Shown here: piece by piece, positions 49,434 to 60,062 of the stretch
Position numbering within the stretch: the stretch's first letter is position 1
Layout: each line of letters opens with the position of its first letter
Assembly (NCBI GenBank): GCA_045580325.1
Contig: JAZNNR010000005.1
Span: forward strand, 3,504-67,503
Length of the DNA stretch: 64,000 nt
Direction of reading: 5' to 3'
Source: Eubacteriales bacterium
GTDB taxonomy: Bacteria > Bacillota > Clostridia > Oscillospirales > CAG-272
Program-made: the position numbers and the translations under genes
Notes under the pieces: generated by a model
What the model was told of the DNA's origin: nothing
The model's input: the letters and a program-made list of their open reading frames with translations, nothing else
Database searches by the model: none

Positions 49434-50063
49434 ATGACAAACGATTATACTTATCAGGAAAAAATAACCGAGTGTCCGCTCGAACAGTACGAATGGGAGC
49501 GTATTTGGTTTGAAGACGTATATGATACAGAAGCTAAAAGGGTATTATATATCGGAGATTCAATTTCAAACGCCACATTTCCGTATGCGACATCAGAGGC
49601 GGGACGTAAGCTTATATTCAATAACTTCGCAAGCTCAAAAGGACTTGATAACCCCTATTACTATCCGATGATAAAGATGTTTATCGAGCAAAATGAGCGC
49701 AAGGACGCTATAATCATAAATAACGGACTTCACGGATGGCATCTTGACGATGATAAATACGAGGAGCTTTATCTGAAGCTTGTAGAGAATATAAAAAAAT
49801 GTTCTCCCGACACACCCATTTTTATCGTACTTACAACTGCTGTTGACGACGCAAGAGAATTTAGTCAGAGAGTTCCGAAAAGAAATGAGAGAGCGATAGC
49901 TGTTGCAAAAAAAGCAGACGCGGGAATAATTGACCTGTACTCTGTGTCAAAGGCAAATAAAGCACTCCTCTGCGATGACGGAGTTCACTTTATACCCGAG
50001 GGGTATGAGGTGCTCGGAAAAGAAATTATAAGAGCACTTGGCGAAAATCAAATAATAGGATAA
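49434..50063 (+). CDS. SGNH/GDSL hydrolase family protein
   Basis: Block I YIGDSISN, block III NNGLHG, block V DDGVHF. Confidence 0.7.
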   Translation: MTNDYTYQEKITECPLEQYEWERIWFEDVYDTEAKRVLYIGDSISNATFPYATSEAGRKLIFNNFASSKGLDNPYYYPMIKMFIEQNERKDAIIINNGLHGWHLDDDKYEELYLKLVENIKKCSPDTPIFIVLTTAVDDAREFSQRVPKRNERAIAVAKKADAGIIDLYSVSKANKALLCDDGVHFIPEGYEVLGKEIIRALGENQIIG

Positions 50064-50145
50064 TTTTCCAAATATATTCTTGACTTTTTCGCTTGAATGT
50101 TTTATAATAAGATTGTTAAATAAAAAACGAAAGGAAATTTCAACC

Positions 50146-51291
50146 ATGAACAGATTTATCCTTAACGAAACATCCTATCACGGAGCAGGCGCTATCAATG
50201 CAATTCCCGATGAGATCAAGAACAGAGGATTTAAAAAGATCTTCGTTGCTTCTGACCCCGACCTTATAAAGTTCGGCATCACAGCAAAGGTTACAAACCT
50301 TCTTGACGCTGCAGGAATTGAGTACAGCGTATTTTCTGACATTAAACCCAATCCTACCGTTGAAAACGTACAGAGCGGCGTAGAAGCATTCAAGGCTGCA
50401 GGCGCTGACGCTATCGTTGCTATCGGCGGCGGCTCTTCTATGGACACCGCAAAGGCTATCGGTATTATCATTACTAACCCCGAATTCGCAGACGTTCGTT
50501 CTCTCGAAGGCGTTGCACCTACAAAGAACCCCTGCGTTCCGATCATCGCAGTTCCTACAACAGCAGGAACAGCAGCAGAGGTTACTATCAACTACGTTAT
50601 CACAGACGTTCAGAACAAGCGTAAGTTCCCCTGTATCGACGTACACGATATTCCCGTAGTTGCAGTAGTTGACCCCGATATGATGTCCACTATGCCCGCA
50701 GGACTTACAGCTGCAACAGGTATGGACGCTCTTACACACGCAATCGAAGGCTACACAACTCTCGGTGCTTGGGAGCTCTCCGATATGTTCCACATCAAGG
50801 CTATCGAGATCATCGCACGCTCGCTCCGCGCTGCTGTAAAGAACGATCCCGAAGGACGCAACGGTATGGCCCTCGGTCAGTACATCGCAGGAATGGGCTT
50901 CTCCAACGTAGGTCTTGGTGTTGACCACTCTATGGCTCACACTCTCTCCGCATACTACGATATGCCTCACGGAGCAGCTTGCGCAACACTTCTCCCTACA
51001 GTTATGGCATTTAACGCAGAAGCAACAGGCGAAAAGTACCGCGAGATCGCACGCGCTATGGGCGTTAAGGGCGTAGATGAAATGACTCAGGAAGAGTACC
51101 GCAAAGCAGCAGTTGACGCAGTTCGTCAGCTCGCAGAGGACGTTGGAATCAAGGTATCTCTCAAGGGTATCGTAAAGGAAGAAGACCTCGATCAGCTTTC
51201 TATCGACGCATATAACGATGCATGCCGTCCCGGCAACCCCAGAGAAGTATCTGTTGAAGACATCAAGGCTCTTTACAGATCTCTTATGTAA
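50146..51291 (+). CDS. fucO: lactaldehyde reductase / 1,2-propanediol oxidoreductase (iron-dependent ADH)
   Basis: Collinear with E. coli FucO as I recall it: NPEFADVRSLEG, PTTAGTAAEVTINYVITD, GMDALTHAIEGY, GFSNVGLG, GNPRE. Confidence 0.85.
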   Translation: MNRFILNETSYHGAGAINAIPDEIKNRGFKKIFVASDPDLIKFGITAKVTNLLDAAGIEYSVFSDIKPNPTVENVQSGVEAFKAAGADAIVAIGGGSSMDTAKAIGIIITNPEFADVRSLEGVAPTKNPCVPIIAVPTTAGTAAEVTINYVITDVQNKRKFPCIDVHDIPVVAVVDPDMMSTMPAGLTAATGMDALTHAIEGYTTLGAWELSDMFHIKAIEIIARSLRAAVKNDPEGRNGMALGQYIAGMGFSNVGLGVDHSMAHTLSAYYDMPHGAACATLLPTVMAFNAEATGEKYREIARAMGVKGVDEMTQEEYRKAAVDAVRQLAEDVGIKVSLKGIVKEEDLDQLSIDAYNDACRPGNPREVSVEDIKALYRSLM

Positions 51292-51302
51292 TTTTGAATA
51301 TA

Positions 51303-51335
51303 AAAAATCTCCCGTATTTTACGGGAGATTTTTTG
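51303..51335 (+). terminator. intrinsic terminator after fucO
   Basis: AAAAATCTCCCGTA...TACGGGAGATTTTT. Confidence 0.85.
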
Positions 51336-51401
51336 TAGATGTATTGAAAAACACACTGCTGTATGATATAATGTAAATATAAAAGCGAAAGGGAATAAAA
51401 A

Positions 51402-51806
51402 ATGTCATTTTATAGCCATTACCGTAAATTTGGTGAAAAAGTAGATGAAAATGAGTATATAAGGACTGTTCGTTTTAACTATAAGGATAAAAATTTTGTC
51501 ATTTATATTACAAAAAAATCGGCAAACAGACATACTTTCATACACTGCAAGGAAGATGAAACTGTCAATTGGGAGCGGTGTTATCGGTATGGTTATAATG
51601 TTCCGTCGCGTGTGGAACGTGTTCTTGCAAAACCCAAAAGATCTGCTAACGAGATAGTGGTATTCGTTATAAAGGGAAGACCGGGGACAATAACAGGACT
51701 TGACGAAGGAATTTTTGTTTCTGCAAAGAAGGGAAGACTTGACACGGATAAAGATATTTTCGTTATGTCAGAAGCGGTATTTAAGTGCTTCGAACCGAAT
51801 TTATAA
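51402..51806 (+). CDS. hypothetical protein
   Basis: 134 aa. AAGGGAA RBS region. No domain recognised. Confidence 0.5.
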   Translation: MSFYSHYRKFGEKVDENEYIRTVRFNYKDKNFVIYITKKSANRHTFIHCKEDETVNWERCYRYGYNVPSRVERVLAKPKRSANEIVVFVIKGRPGTITGLDEGIFVSAKKGRLDTDKDIFVMSEAVFKCFEPNL

Positions 51807-51814
51807 AACAAATG

Positions 51815-51844
51815 AGCCGATACGGAGTGTTTTCCGTATCGGCT
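51815..51844. terminator. bidirectional hairpin between convergent genes
   Basis: AGCCGATACGGA...TCCGTATCGGCT. Confidence 0.7.
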
Positions 51845-51854
51845 TAATGTTTGT

Positions 51855-53561
51855 TTAGTTGTTCTTATACTCAACTATCTTACGTATTTCCTGCGCGGGC
51901 AGCTTGATCTCTGCGCGGTCGTGTGTGATAAGACCGTTGACCTCGTCCTCGACGTCTGAAAGCTGAGTGTAAACCGCCGCGGCAAGACCTTTTTCTATCG
52001 CAGGGAATATCTGCTCTTTGTAAAGCACCTCGAGGCTGTTTTTCAGCTCCTCGGGTGTTTTTAAATGCTTGTACCCGAAACTGCGCGAGCTGAACGAATG
52101 TCCTTCTACGCGATAATTGTAGCCGCCAAATTCGCTGAGTATAACGGCGCGTCCGAGCTTGTCGGGACTGAACTTGTATCTCGTAAAATATACGTGCAGA
52201 CTTTGAATGTCGCCGATTTTTTGATCGTGCCAACCGCTTGCGTGGTCGACAGTTCTCGTCTTGTCAAGCGATAAGAGCTTTTCGTAGGCCTTTGCCGCGT
52301 CAAACTGTCCCCAACCTTCGTTGAATAGTACCCACATAGCAAGAGATGGCACGTTTATAAGCTGCTTAACCATTTCTTCAAGCTCGCGGTAATATTCGTC
52401 GCGCCCCGCCTTGTCGCTTCGCGCAAACCAAGAGTATCGGCTGTCTTTAAAATGTATCTTCGTTATAAGCGGAGTTGAAATAACGAGCGGATTGTAATGA
52501 CGGCCGCCGTTTATCATATCCTGCCACACGAGCACGCCAAGACGGTCGCAGTGGTAATACCAACGCATAGGCTCGATCTTTATGTGCTTGCGTAGCATAT
52601 TGAAGCCCATTTCCTTGGTGCGTACAATGTCTGAAACCATCATTTCGTCGCTTTCGGGAGTGTAGAGTCCGTCGCCGAAATAGCCTTGATCGAGAAGACC
52701 GTTGTGGAAATAGGGCTTTCCGTTAAGAAAAAGACGCATTACAGAGTTTTTGTCCTTTTCAACCGAGAAGCTTCGCATAGCAAAATAACTGTTTACGCTG
52801 TCACTGCCGAGCGTTACCGAAAACTCGTAAAGCTGAGGCGTTTCGGGAGTCCACGCTATAAAATCGTCGAGCGGTATTTCGCATACCTTGTTTGTCGCTG
52901 TCAAATAGCTCTTTCCGCTAAATTCTATAACGGCATCAGCATCAGACTCGGATATTACGGTAATAGAAACCGAAGAATTCTTTATAGACGGAACGATCAA
53001 AAGGGAAGATATGTAATCGCTCGGCACACTTTCAAGCCATACCGTCTGCCAGATTCCGCTTTGAGAAGTGTACCAGATACCGCCGCGCTTTTCTCTCTGC
53101 TTTCCGCGTGAGTGATATGACGTGTCAGACTCGTCGCGTACGGCTACGACGATTTCGTTTTCGCCGAGATGAATAAACTCGGTTATGTCAAAGGAAAAGG
53201 CGGTATATCCTCCGCTGTGACAGCCGACGAGCGAGCCGTTGATATATACGTCAGCAAAGAAATCGACCGCTCCGAAGTGAATTATGAGCCTGTCCTTCAT
53301 AAAATCCTCGGAGATGTCAAAGCTTCTTCTGTACCAGAGCGTTTCTGCACTTGAAAGCTTCCTGTTTACACCCGAGAGCCTGCTTTCAGGCGAATAGGGA
53401 ACCTTGATCTTGCCGATATATTCTTTTGGTAAATTATTTTCGGTGCTGATAATATAATCCCAATATCCGTTAAGACAAATATAGCTGTTTCTTACAAGCT
53501 GCGGTCGCGGATATTCGGGAAGAGGAATATCAGAAAAGTTTGGTGTCTGCGGAAAAAACAT
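51855..53561 (-). CDS. glycoside hydrolase family 2
   Basis: WYRRSF, FGAVDFFADVYINGSLVGCHSGGYTAFSFDIT (sugar-binding domain), NMLRKHIK, WVLFNEGWG (TIM-barrel acid/base region). Confidence 0.8.
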   Translation of the reverse strand: MFFPQTPNFSDIPLPEYPRPQLVRNSYICLNGYWDYIISTENNLPKEYIGKIKVPYSPESRLSGVNRKLSSAETLWYRRSFDISEDFMKDRLIIHFGAVDFFADVYINGSLVGCHSGGYTAFSFDITEFIHLGENEIVVAVRDESDTSYHSRGKQREKRGGIWYTSQSGIWQTVWLESVPSDYISSLLIVPSIKNSSVSITVISESDADAVIEFSGKSYLTATNKVCEIPLDDFIAWTPETPQLYEFSVTLGSDSVNSYFAMRSFSVEKDKNSVMRLFLNGKPYFHNGLLDQGYFGDGLYTPESDEMMVSDIVRTKEMGFNMLRKHIKIEPMRWYYHCDRLGVLVWQDMINGGRHYNPLVISTPLITKIHFKDSRYSWFARSDKAGRDEYYRELEEMVKQLINVPSLAMWVLFNEGWGQFDAAKAYEKLLSLDKTRTVDHASGWHDQKIGDIQSLHVYFTRYKFSPDKLGRAVILSEFGGYNYRVEGHSFSSRSFGYKHLKTPEELKNSLEVLYKEQIFPAIEKGLAAAVYTQLSDVEDEVNGLITHDRAEIKLPAQEIRKIVEYKNN

Positions 53562-53748
53562 AGTTAAAATTTCACTTTCAAGTATTTGTTATTTAGATTA
53601 TATCACAAAATCATTGATATTTCAATCGTTTGAGGTAAAACAAAATCTGAAATGAGAAAAAATCCCCCAAAACCATTCTAAACAGTTAATTTAATATAAA
53701 AAAAGGTATTCAAGTATGCTTTACAGCTAAATGAATACCTTTTTGATT

Positions 53749-54294
53749 TTATTCTATGAACGTGTGGAATATGTACGATGAGATTTCATAAACCATCTCA
53801 AATGTAAAAAGAAACGGAACGAATAATAAAACAACGATGAGCAGGTCTATTAGTACGCCTGGAAATAAAGGTTTTGTACTGCGAAAACGCATGTATAAGA
53901 AGAGAAATACCCAAGCACCCAAAAAAGTAAGAGCGCCTGTAAGTGCAAAGGCTTGGTCAGCAATAGGTGTGCTTGCGTACCAAGGCGAAGGAATCATAAG
54001 GTAAAGTCCGCTCAAGAATCCAACCGCTCCGCAAAATGAAATTCCGACTGCCGACAGCGTGGTAGATACAGGACAGTTTCTTTCAACGAATTTCGGGAAT
54101 ATAAATCCGAAAACAGCGAAAAGAATAATGAGAGTACCGATGAAAAAGAGTGAGCAAGGAAGCATACTTATGAGAGCCTGCCAATATGTTTTTGTCGGAT
54201 TAAGCGATATAGCAAAGTAAAGAATAGGATATAAAAATCCGAGTGCGATTACGGTAGCGCCCAAAAGCAGAGTGATAAAATTTCTTTTCTTCAT
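53749..54294 (-). CDS. polytopic membrane protein, paralogue of 54316-54837
   Basis: MKKRNFITLLLGATVIALGFLYP. 5-6 TM segments. Confidence 0.6.
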   Translation of the reverse strand: MKKRNFITLLLGATVIALGFLYPILYFAISLNPTKTYWQALISMLPCSLFFIGTLIILFAVFGFIFPKFVERNCPVSTTLSAVGISFCGAVGFLSGLYLMIPSPWYASTPIADQAFALTGALTFLGAWVFLFLYMRFRSTKPLFPGVLIDLLIVVLLFVPFLFTFEMVYEISSYIFHTFIE

Positions 54295-54315
54295 AACACA
54301 GCTCCTTTTGTAAAG

Positions 54316-54837
54316 TTATGCTATAATAGCGTGGTAAATATCTTCAACGATCTCAGCAATCCCGCCCGATATAAAAATAAAAGGAATAAAGGTTAAAATA
54401 ACTATAAGCACGTCTATTCCGAAGCCGCTTAATGAGAATTTTTTAGCTCTGAAACATATGTAAACCACAAGTAATGCGAGTAAGCATATAGTGAAAATGC
54501 TTCCGAATGTTGTGAACACAGGGTAAGCTATCGGATGACTTTTGCTTGAAAGTGTGGCGTAACAAAGAAAGCACCAAACCCAACAAGATCCGACAAGTGA
54601 ACCTGCCGTCGCGGTTATCGTTGTGGAGAGCGGACATTTTTCCTTGAAAAAGTCAGGATAAGCGAATCCTAAAGCAGCGAAAATAATAATAAAGATACCC
54701 AGTAAAATAAAGGCGGGGGGAACCAGTGTTAAAAAACATTCCCAATATGAATATGCCGATTTAAGTAACGGATATAAAAATCCGAGTGCTATCATAAGCG
54801 CGCCTAAAACTAATGTAACGATGTTTCTTTTCTTCAT
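54316..54837 (-). CDS. polytopic membrane protein, paralogue of 53749-54294
   Basis: MKKRNIVTLVLGALMIALGFLYP. Same topology as 53749-54294. Confidence 0.6.
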   Translation of the reverse strand: MKKRNIVTLVLGALMIALGFLYPLLKSAYSYWECFLTLVPPAFILLGIFIIIFAALGFAYPDFFKEKCPLSTTITATAGSLVGSCWVWCFLCYATLSSKSHPIAYPVFTTFGSIFTICLLALLVVYICFRAKKFSLSGFGIDVLIVILTFIPFIFISGGIAEIVEDIYHAIIA

Positions 54838-54933
54838 AGCATTACTCCTTTCTTTTCAGTAAAGTTTTTGGAGTTCCAAGAACCTTTTTACAAAAAGGTT
54901 CTTGGCGCCTTCCAAGGACAGAGTCCTTGGCTC

Positions 54934-55515
54934 TTAACCGTCCTTAAGCTCTTTAACCGTGTGAGCCTTGTTTTCGGGATTTTCGATGTAAGCGAAAATT
55001 TTTCCGAGATCGTCGGTAATTTCATAGAGATCAGTACAGTTTTCGCGAATGAAATTCTTTTTCATAGCCTCGATAAGCACCTGATTAAGCTCGTCGTAAT
55101 AACCGTTAATATTGTAGATAGCGATAGGCTTGTTATGTCGGCAGAGCTGCTTTAAAGTAAGGATTTCAAAAAACTCTTCAAATGTTCCGATTCCGCCGGG
55201 AACAATAATGAACGCGTCTGCGTTGTCTTCCATTATCTGCTTGCGCTCACGCATAGTGTTTGGCTGAATAAGCTCATCGCAGAAGTCGCAGATAGCTTCT
55301 ATATTTTCTTCGTCAAAGAATTTAGGGATAACGCCGAGAATTTTACCGCCCTCGGAGCGAACACCGCGCGCAGCAGCTCCCATAAGACCGTTTCCTCCGC
55401 CTCCGAAGACAAGGGAATGTCCGCGTAAAACCATTTCTTTTCCCATTTTTTCAACCGTTTCGATGTAGCTGCGGTCGATAGTCGGTGATGCTGCACCGTA
55501 TACACATATTTTCAT
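54934..55515 (-). CDS. LOG-family nucleotide phosphoribohydrolase (TIGR00730-type)
   Basis: ATG 55515 after AAGGAGG. VFGGGGNGLMG, PGGIGTFEEF. Confidence 0.8.
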   Translation of the reverse strand: MKICVYGAASPTIDRSYIETVEKMGKEMVLRGHSLVFGGGGNGLMGAAARGVRSEGGKILGVIPKFFDEENIEAICDFCDELIQPNTMRERKQIMEDNADAFIIVPGGIGTFEEFFEILTLKQLCRHNKPIAIYNINGYYDELNQVLIEAMKKNFIRENCTDLYEITDDLGKIFAYIENPENKAHTVKELKDG

Positions 55516-55829
55516 ATTGAAACCTCCTTTGTGTGCTGAGTATATACTGATCATATCATAAATTGCTAGAAATATCAATCCTTCAAAAGTAAAATATTTC
55601 TGTCTAAAATATTACCATAAAACTGTCATAATTATACATTTTTTGATTCCAATTTTTAACACGGGTAATACTGCACAATTTTGAAAAAACTAAATTGTGC
55701 ATAGTAACAAAAATGTTCATAAAGTGTTGAAAACTTGTGAATAGTACTTGAAATATTTTAATGCGTGTGATATAATTTAGGCAACGACGGGAGAAACTCC
55801 CGTACGAATATTTTTTGGAGGAAAAACCA

Positions 55830-56648
55830 ATGAAAAAATTTCTTTCTATACTGCTTGTAGCAGTAATGATGCTCAGCGTACTTTCTCTTACAGTAGCAGC
55901 TGACACCACATACTCTATCGCTACTGATGGAGATGGCAACACTCTTAACCCTCATTTTGTAAACAACGATGTTTGGGTTAAAGAAAACGGCGGCATTAAG
56001 ATGCCCGAAAACAAGCTCTTTAGCTTCCTTCTCTTCGATACCCCCCTCACAACAAACAGAGTTGAAGCTACATTCGAGGATATGTCTCTCAGCGGTAGCG
56101 GCGATGACAGAAATGGTATCGTATTTGCTCTTACAGAACACAACCCCGGCGCTACACTTTCTGGTGAAGGTGATGCTAACGTAAGCTTCTACTGGGCATA
56201 CATCACCGGATGGGGCGATGAATATAGAGTAGCCGTTCTTAAGATGGGCAAAGGTGGCGACTGGAATATGATAAGCGACGGCGGCTGGGAAAAATGCGGT
56301 AAGACTTTCACAGAGATTGGTGTTGCAAACTCTGGAGAAAAGGTTAAGCTTGCAGCTGAATGGGATAACGAAGGTCACATCAAGGTATTCGTAAACGGAA
56401 AGCTCGCTCATGATATTACCGACGCAGCACCTTTCACAGGCAATCTCTACGGTGTGCTTACAAGAAGATGGGCTAACAGTCCTGACGCTAATAATCGCGC
56501 AGCTTATACTGATACCCTTACTTCTTTCGTAGCTGGTAAGGTAAATAAGCCCGTTACAGGCGATACAACAGTTATCGTTTCCCTCATCGCTCTCGTAGCA
56601 GCTATGGGAACAGGTATCGTTATTGGCAAGAAGCGTCACTTCAACTAA
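55830..56648 (+). CDS. secreted cell-surface protein with a C-terminal sorting-signal-like anchor
   Basis: Signal peptide MKKFLSILLVAVMMLSVLSLTVAA. C-terminal KPVTGD, hydrophobic helix and KKRHFN. Confidence 0.6.
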   Translation: MKKFLSILLVAVMMLSVLSLTVAADTTYSIATDGDGNTLNPHFVNNDVWVKENGGIKMPENKLFSFLLFDTPLTTNRVEATFEDMSLSGSGDDRNGIVFALTEHNPGATLSGEGDANVSFYWAYITGWGDEYRVAVLKMGKGGDWNMISDGGWEKCGKTFTEIGVANSGEKVKLAAEWDNEGHIKVFVNGKLAHDITDAAPFTGNLYGVLTRRWANSPDANNRAAYTDTLTSFVAGKVNKPVTGDTTVIVSLIALVAAMGTGIVIGKKRHFN

Positions 56649-56666
56649 TAATTAACTAAACCTATA

Positions 56667-56696
56667 AAAACGCGGACTTTGTCCGCGTTTTTCTTT
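56667..56696 (+). terminator. intrinsic terminator
   Basis: AAAACGCGGAC-TTT-GTCCGCGTTTT followed by TC. Confidence 0.8.
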
Positions 56697-56775
56697 TATA
56701 TCTTTCTTTTCTATCCGATATGAAAATCCCCACACCGACGCGTCAGTGTGGGGATGGCTCTCTTATAAGGGTAAA

Positions 56776-58611
56776 CTATACAACTATGTTTCCGGCGCCG
56801 TTCACCGTAGCTTTGCTATAATATGATTTTATTTCCGGTGTCAGCTCGTATGAAAAGTTGATTTGAATTAACCTTTCAGATTTTATATAGTCAAAAAGTA
56901 TAACTATATCGTATTCTTCATCATAAATATAGATGCTGCTTTTATAACTACCTTTTGATATATATCTTTTGTAGTACGATGCATACGTTTGAGCGCGGGA
57001 TACAATGGGAGAGGAATTTAAAAGCGGGCTTTCGTCTATCGTATAAACTATTCCTAAGGATTCTCCTATAATATCTGTGATAGTTCTGTCAAATTCGATT
57101 ATATTAAATTTTCTGATAAATTCTTCAAATGCATCATCTTTCAGGCTAAGAAAGAGCGTTCCTTCAGGAACTGTTATCTTATCGGCTAATTTGTCGGGTT
57201 TTAAGGAAAATTCCAAAATCTTTTTGCTATTTAAAGATGAATCATTTTCTACTATTTTATCAATGCTTAGGTATATACTGTCGTCGGCAGTATCAAATTC
57301 AAATTTTCCGTTAACAGAAAGATTTTCTGTGTCGTCGCTATCCGAATATTCTATTGAGTATTCGTTAGTGTTTTTGTCATAAGAGAGTTTAGCTGAATAA
57401 ACTTCATCTACGGTGCGTATATCATTTCCCGGTCTTTCTCTGATGTCGCTTGAAATAAGCGAAAAATCAATAATAACTTCGGTTTTGTTTGATACTTTCT
57501 TATATTCTGCTACTTGTCTGTTTCTTTCGGTGATCTTTATGCCTTGTTCAGCAACTTCATATTCTATTTTGAATTCGGGATTTTTTGTTTTTCCGTTGAA
57601 TGTAAAATGAAAATCGTTAGTGATAGTTTTTTTCTCTTCTTTTGAAACCGTGATTACAGAAAATTCAACCAACGTTCTGCCGGCGACGGTATAAGAAATG
57701 GTTACCTGACTTCCCGTTAACGATTCCTTGAATTTATCGAATTCGGCATCAAGATCAACATCCGTTTCTGAATTTCCTTCGATGATTTTATATAAATAGT
57801 TTTTAATAGTAGGGTAGGATCCCAGTTCGCTATAAACAATATCTGTAAGTTCTTTTAGATCATCTTCGCTTAGTTTGATTTCGGTCGTGCGGCAAAGCGC
57901 AAACTTGTTTTTAGCAAAGCCATATGTGTTTTTCGGTCGAATAACATCTTCTGTTTTTTCTGTTAAGCTTTCTATTAGCTCGCTAAGCTCTTTTGAGAAT
58001 TTTTCCTGTGTATTCAGATCAAGGTTTTCAACCAAATCACATAGCTCATTGTATTCATCTTTTTTTAGAGCATATTTAGATTTGCTTTTGTGTGCAAAGA
58101 TAGATTTATCAAGCGCATCGGTTATATTTCGTCTTGGAAATGTTATAATAACGTCCTTATCAAACGAAAGTCCTTGCAGAGCGAGATTTTTGTTATCGTA
58201 CGCTATATCAAACTCGTAGCCGTTTTGCTCGGAATCGAGTTTTACGTTTATCGTTTTCTTTTGATTTTCACCTGAACCTATACCGCGTTCGGATATTTTT
58301 AAATTTATATCTTGATTTAGCTCTGTGATTTCAGAAGGAATACAGAGTGTAGTACTGTTCTCGTATCCCGAAGCATTGAGAGATGACATAGTTTCAGATA
58401 ATACATCGGTGTCGAAAAACAATATTTCGAAAGTGTTTTTGACAGGATTTTTCGTAAATAAAGGCAATATCAATATTAGGGATAGTATTATTGCGGCAAC
58501 AAGAAGGGCAGTAGCTGAAAACAAAATTATTTTCGAGATTTTTTTGGATTTTGACGAAACTTGTTTATCAGTACTATCGCTCGGAATGATTTTTTCGGTG
58601 TTTTCGTTCAT
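56776..58611 (-). CDS. large N-terminally anchored hypothetical protein
   Basis: 611 aa. One TM helix (residues about 25-50). AT-rich. No domain recognised. Confidence 0.6.
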   Translation of the reverse strand: MNENTEKIIPSDSTDKQVSSKSKKISKIILFSATALLVAAIILSLILILPLFTKNPVKNTFEILFFDTDVLSETMSSLNASGYENSTTLCIPSEITELNQDINLKISERGIGSGENQKKTINVKLDSEQNGYEFDIAYDNKNLALQGLSFDKDVIITFPRRNITDALDKSIFAHKSKSKYALKKDEYNELCDLVENLDLNTQEKFSKELSELIESLTEKTEDVIRPKNTYGFAKNKFALCRTTEIKLSEDDLKELTDIVYSELGSYPTIKNYLYKIIEGNSETDVDLDAEFDKFKESLTGSQVTISYTVAGRTLVEFSVITVSKEEKKTITNDFHFTFNGKTKNPEFKIEYEVAEQGIKITERNRQVAEYKKVSNKTEVIIDFSLISSDIRERPGNDIRTVDEVYSAKLSYDKNTNEYSIEYSDSDDTENLSVNGKFEFDTADDSIYLSIDKIVENDSSLNSKKILEFSLKPDKLADKITVPEGTLFLSLKDDAFEEFIRKFNIIEFDRTITDIIGESLGIVYTIDESPLLNSSPIVSRAQTYASYYKRYISKGSYKSSIYIYDEEYDIVILFDYIKSERLIQINFSYELTPEIKSYYSKATVNGAGNIVV

Positions 58612-58769
58612 TGTAATATCCTCCTTAATATAAAATATTATTTAAGTAAAGCCTATCCTACCGATATTATTATACAGGAAATATAACATAATTTCAATAA
58701 CGCAGTAGTTGAAAAAAATCAATCAGTGCTATAAAATTCAAACGGTATATGATAATTTTATATGTATGC

Positions 58770-59351
58770 TTATAAATAATAATCTTCAAGCTCAAAAAAC
58801 TTAGTATTATAAACGTAAGATACTGTTGGGTCTGATTCAAGCTTTATGAAATAGAACTCATTACCGCTGACCGAGGTATTGTTAAGACCTGCAGAGCTTA
58901 TATAATACTCTTTACTCCATTCATAGTGTTTGGCGATTCTCGGCATTCGCCATTTTATTCCCGAAGCGAAATAGAAGAAATAAACGTCTTTTGTAGAGTG
59001 ATATTTGCCGCTGTATCCGCTATGGGGTTCGTAAATGGTTTCCTGACGGACTTTATCGAGTGTTTCAAGAGATATAATAAATTCCTCGCGATTTACGGCA
59101 TCTTCGGCTGCTCTTACTTTGTTTTTAAACTTCTTTTCCGCGATTATATAGCGTACCGCCAGATAAACAGCAGGCGCAAAGATCGCAAGACCTATCCAAA
59201 TATTTTTAAGAAAAATACCCGTAGTAATTGCAAACAGGGTTATGGCAAAAGATGACGTAAGCCGCCACTCCGATTTGTTTACGTAATTTGACTGTATTGA
59301 TAAAAGTAGATCGTGTTTTATGTTGTCTATGGTCAAATGTTCTTTTTTCAT
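58770..59351 (-). CDS. hypothetical membrane protein (2 TM)
   Basis: 193 aa. Confidence 0.5.
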   Translation of the reverse strand: MKKEHLTIDNIKHDLLLSIQSNYVNKSEWRLTSSFAITLFAITTGIFLKNIWIGLAIFAPAVYLAVRYIIAEKKFKNKVRAAEDAVNREEFIISLETLDKVRQETIYEPHSGYSGKYHSTKDVYFFYFASGIKWRMPRIAKHYEWSKEYYISSAGLNNTSVSGNEFYFIKLESDPTVSYVYNTKFFELEDYYL

Positions 59352-59450
59352 AGGGCGCCTCTTTCTTTGAGTTGCGGTTATTATAGCAGATATTTTACGT
59401 TTTTTAATCGAGAAATTTTTGCTGTATTGACAGAAAAGATAACGTGTAAA

Positions 59451-59831
59451 TTATTCAAAATATTGCTTATATTCAAGCTCTGATTTCAATGCAATTATAG
59501 CTTCATTTTCTGTCCCAAAAAATGAATAGGCAAAAGAATGGTCCTTAGGCCCCCACCAACCCGCTCGTGCGTCTTTAGAACGGCAAAAATAATTCCATTC
59601 TTCTTCGTTGCAAATAATAATTTCTTCGTAAGTATATTTGAAAAAGCCTTTATTACTTTCTAAAACAACAAATCGCTTTGAATTATCTTTGCTATATATT
59701 ACTTTGCAAATTTTAAATTCGTCGGAATAAACGAGATCTTTGTCATATAGAGATCTAACAATTTCATCATATGGAGGCATTTGAAGAATATTAGCTTTTT
59801 TGTTTTTGAAAAGTGCCTTTAACCATTTCAT
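59451..59831 (-). CDS. hypothetical protein
   Basis: 126 aa. GGCGGTGGA RBS-like leader, shared with 60063-60371. Confidence 0.5.
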   Translation of the reverse strand: MKWLKALFKNKKANILQMPPYDEIVRSLYDKDLVYSDEFKICKVIYSKDNSKRFVVLESNKGFFKYTYEEIIICNEEEWNYFCRSKDARAGWWGPKDHSFAYSFFGTENEAIIALKSELEYKQYFE

Positions 59832-60062
59832 ATTTCCACCGCCTTTCCGATTTTATTATAGCATACTTGTGGGCGGATTGCAATATAAAATGCTTTTCGT
59901 TAAAACGAAAAGCCACCTATTCTTTTCTCTTTTATCTCTTATCTTTTATCTGGAAAAGTGGCTCAGGGGATATAGAGAAAAGAGAAGAGTGAAAAGAACA
60001 AAAAGAAAAAGCCGCTTGCGCGACTTTTCTTTTTGAGTTGCGTTGACAAAAAAGATGCCGCC

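Noticed and set aside
50140-50970. 276-aa minus-strand ORF
   Set aside because: It is antisense to fucO, which aligns end-to-end with E. coli FucO from memory.
55758-56639. 293-aa minus-strand ORF
   Set aside because: It is antisense to the signal-peptide and sorting-signal protein on the plus strand, which has an RBS and a terminator.
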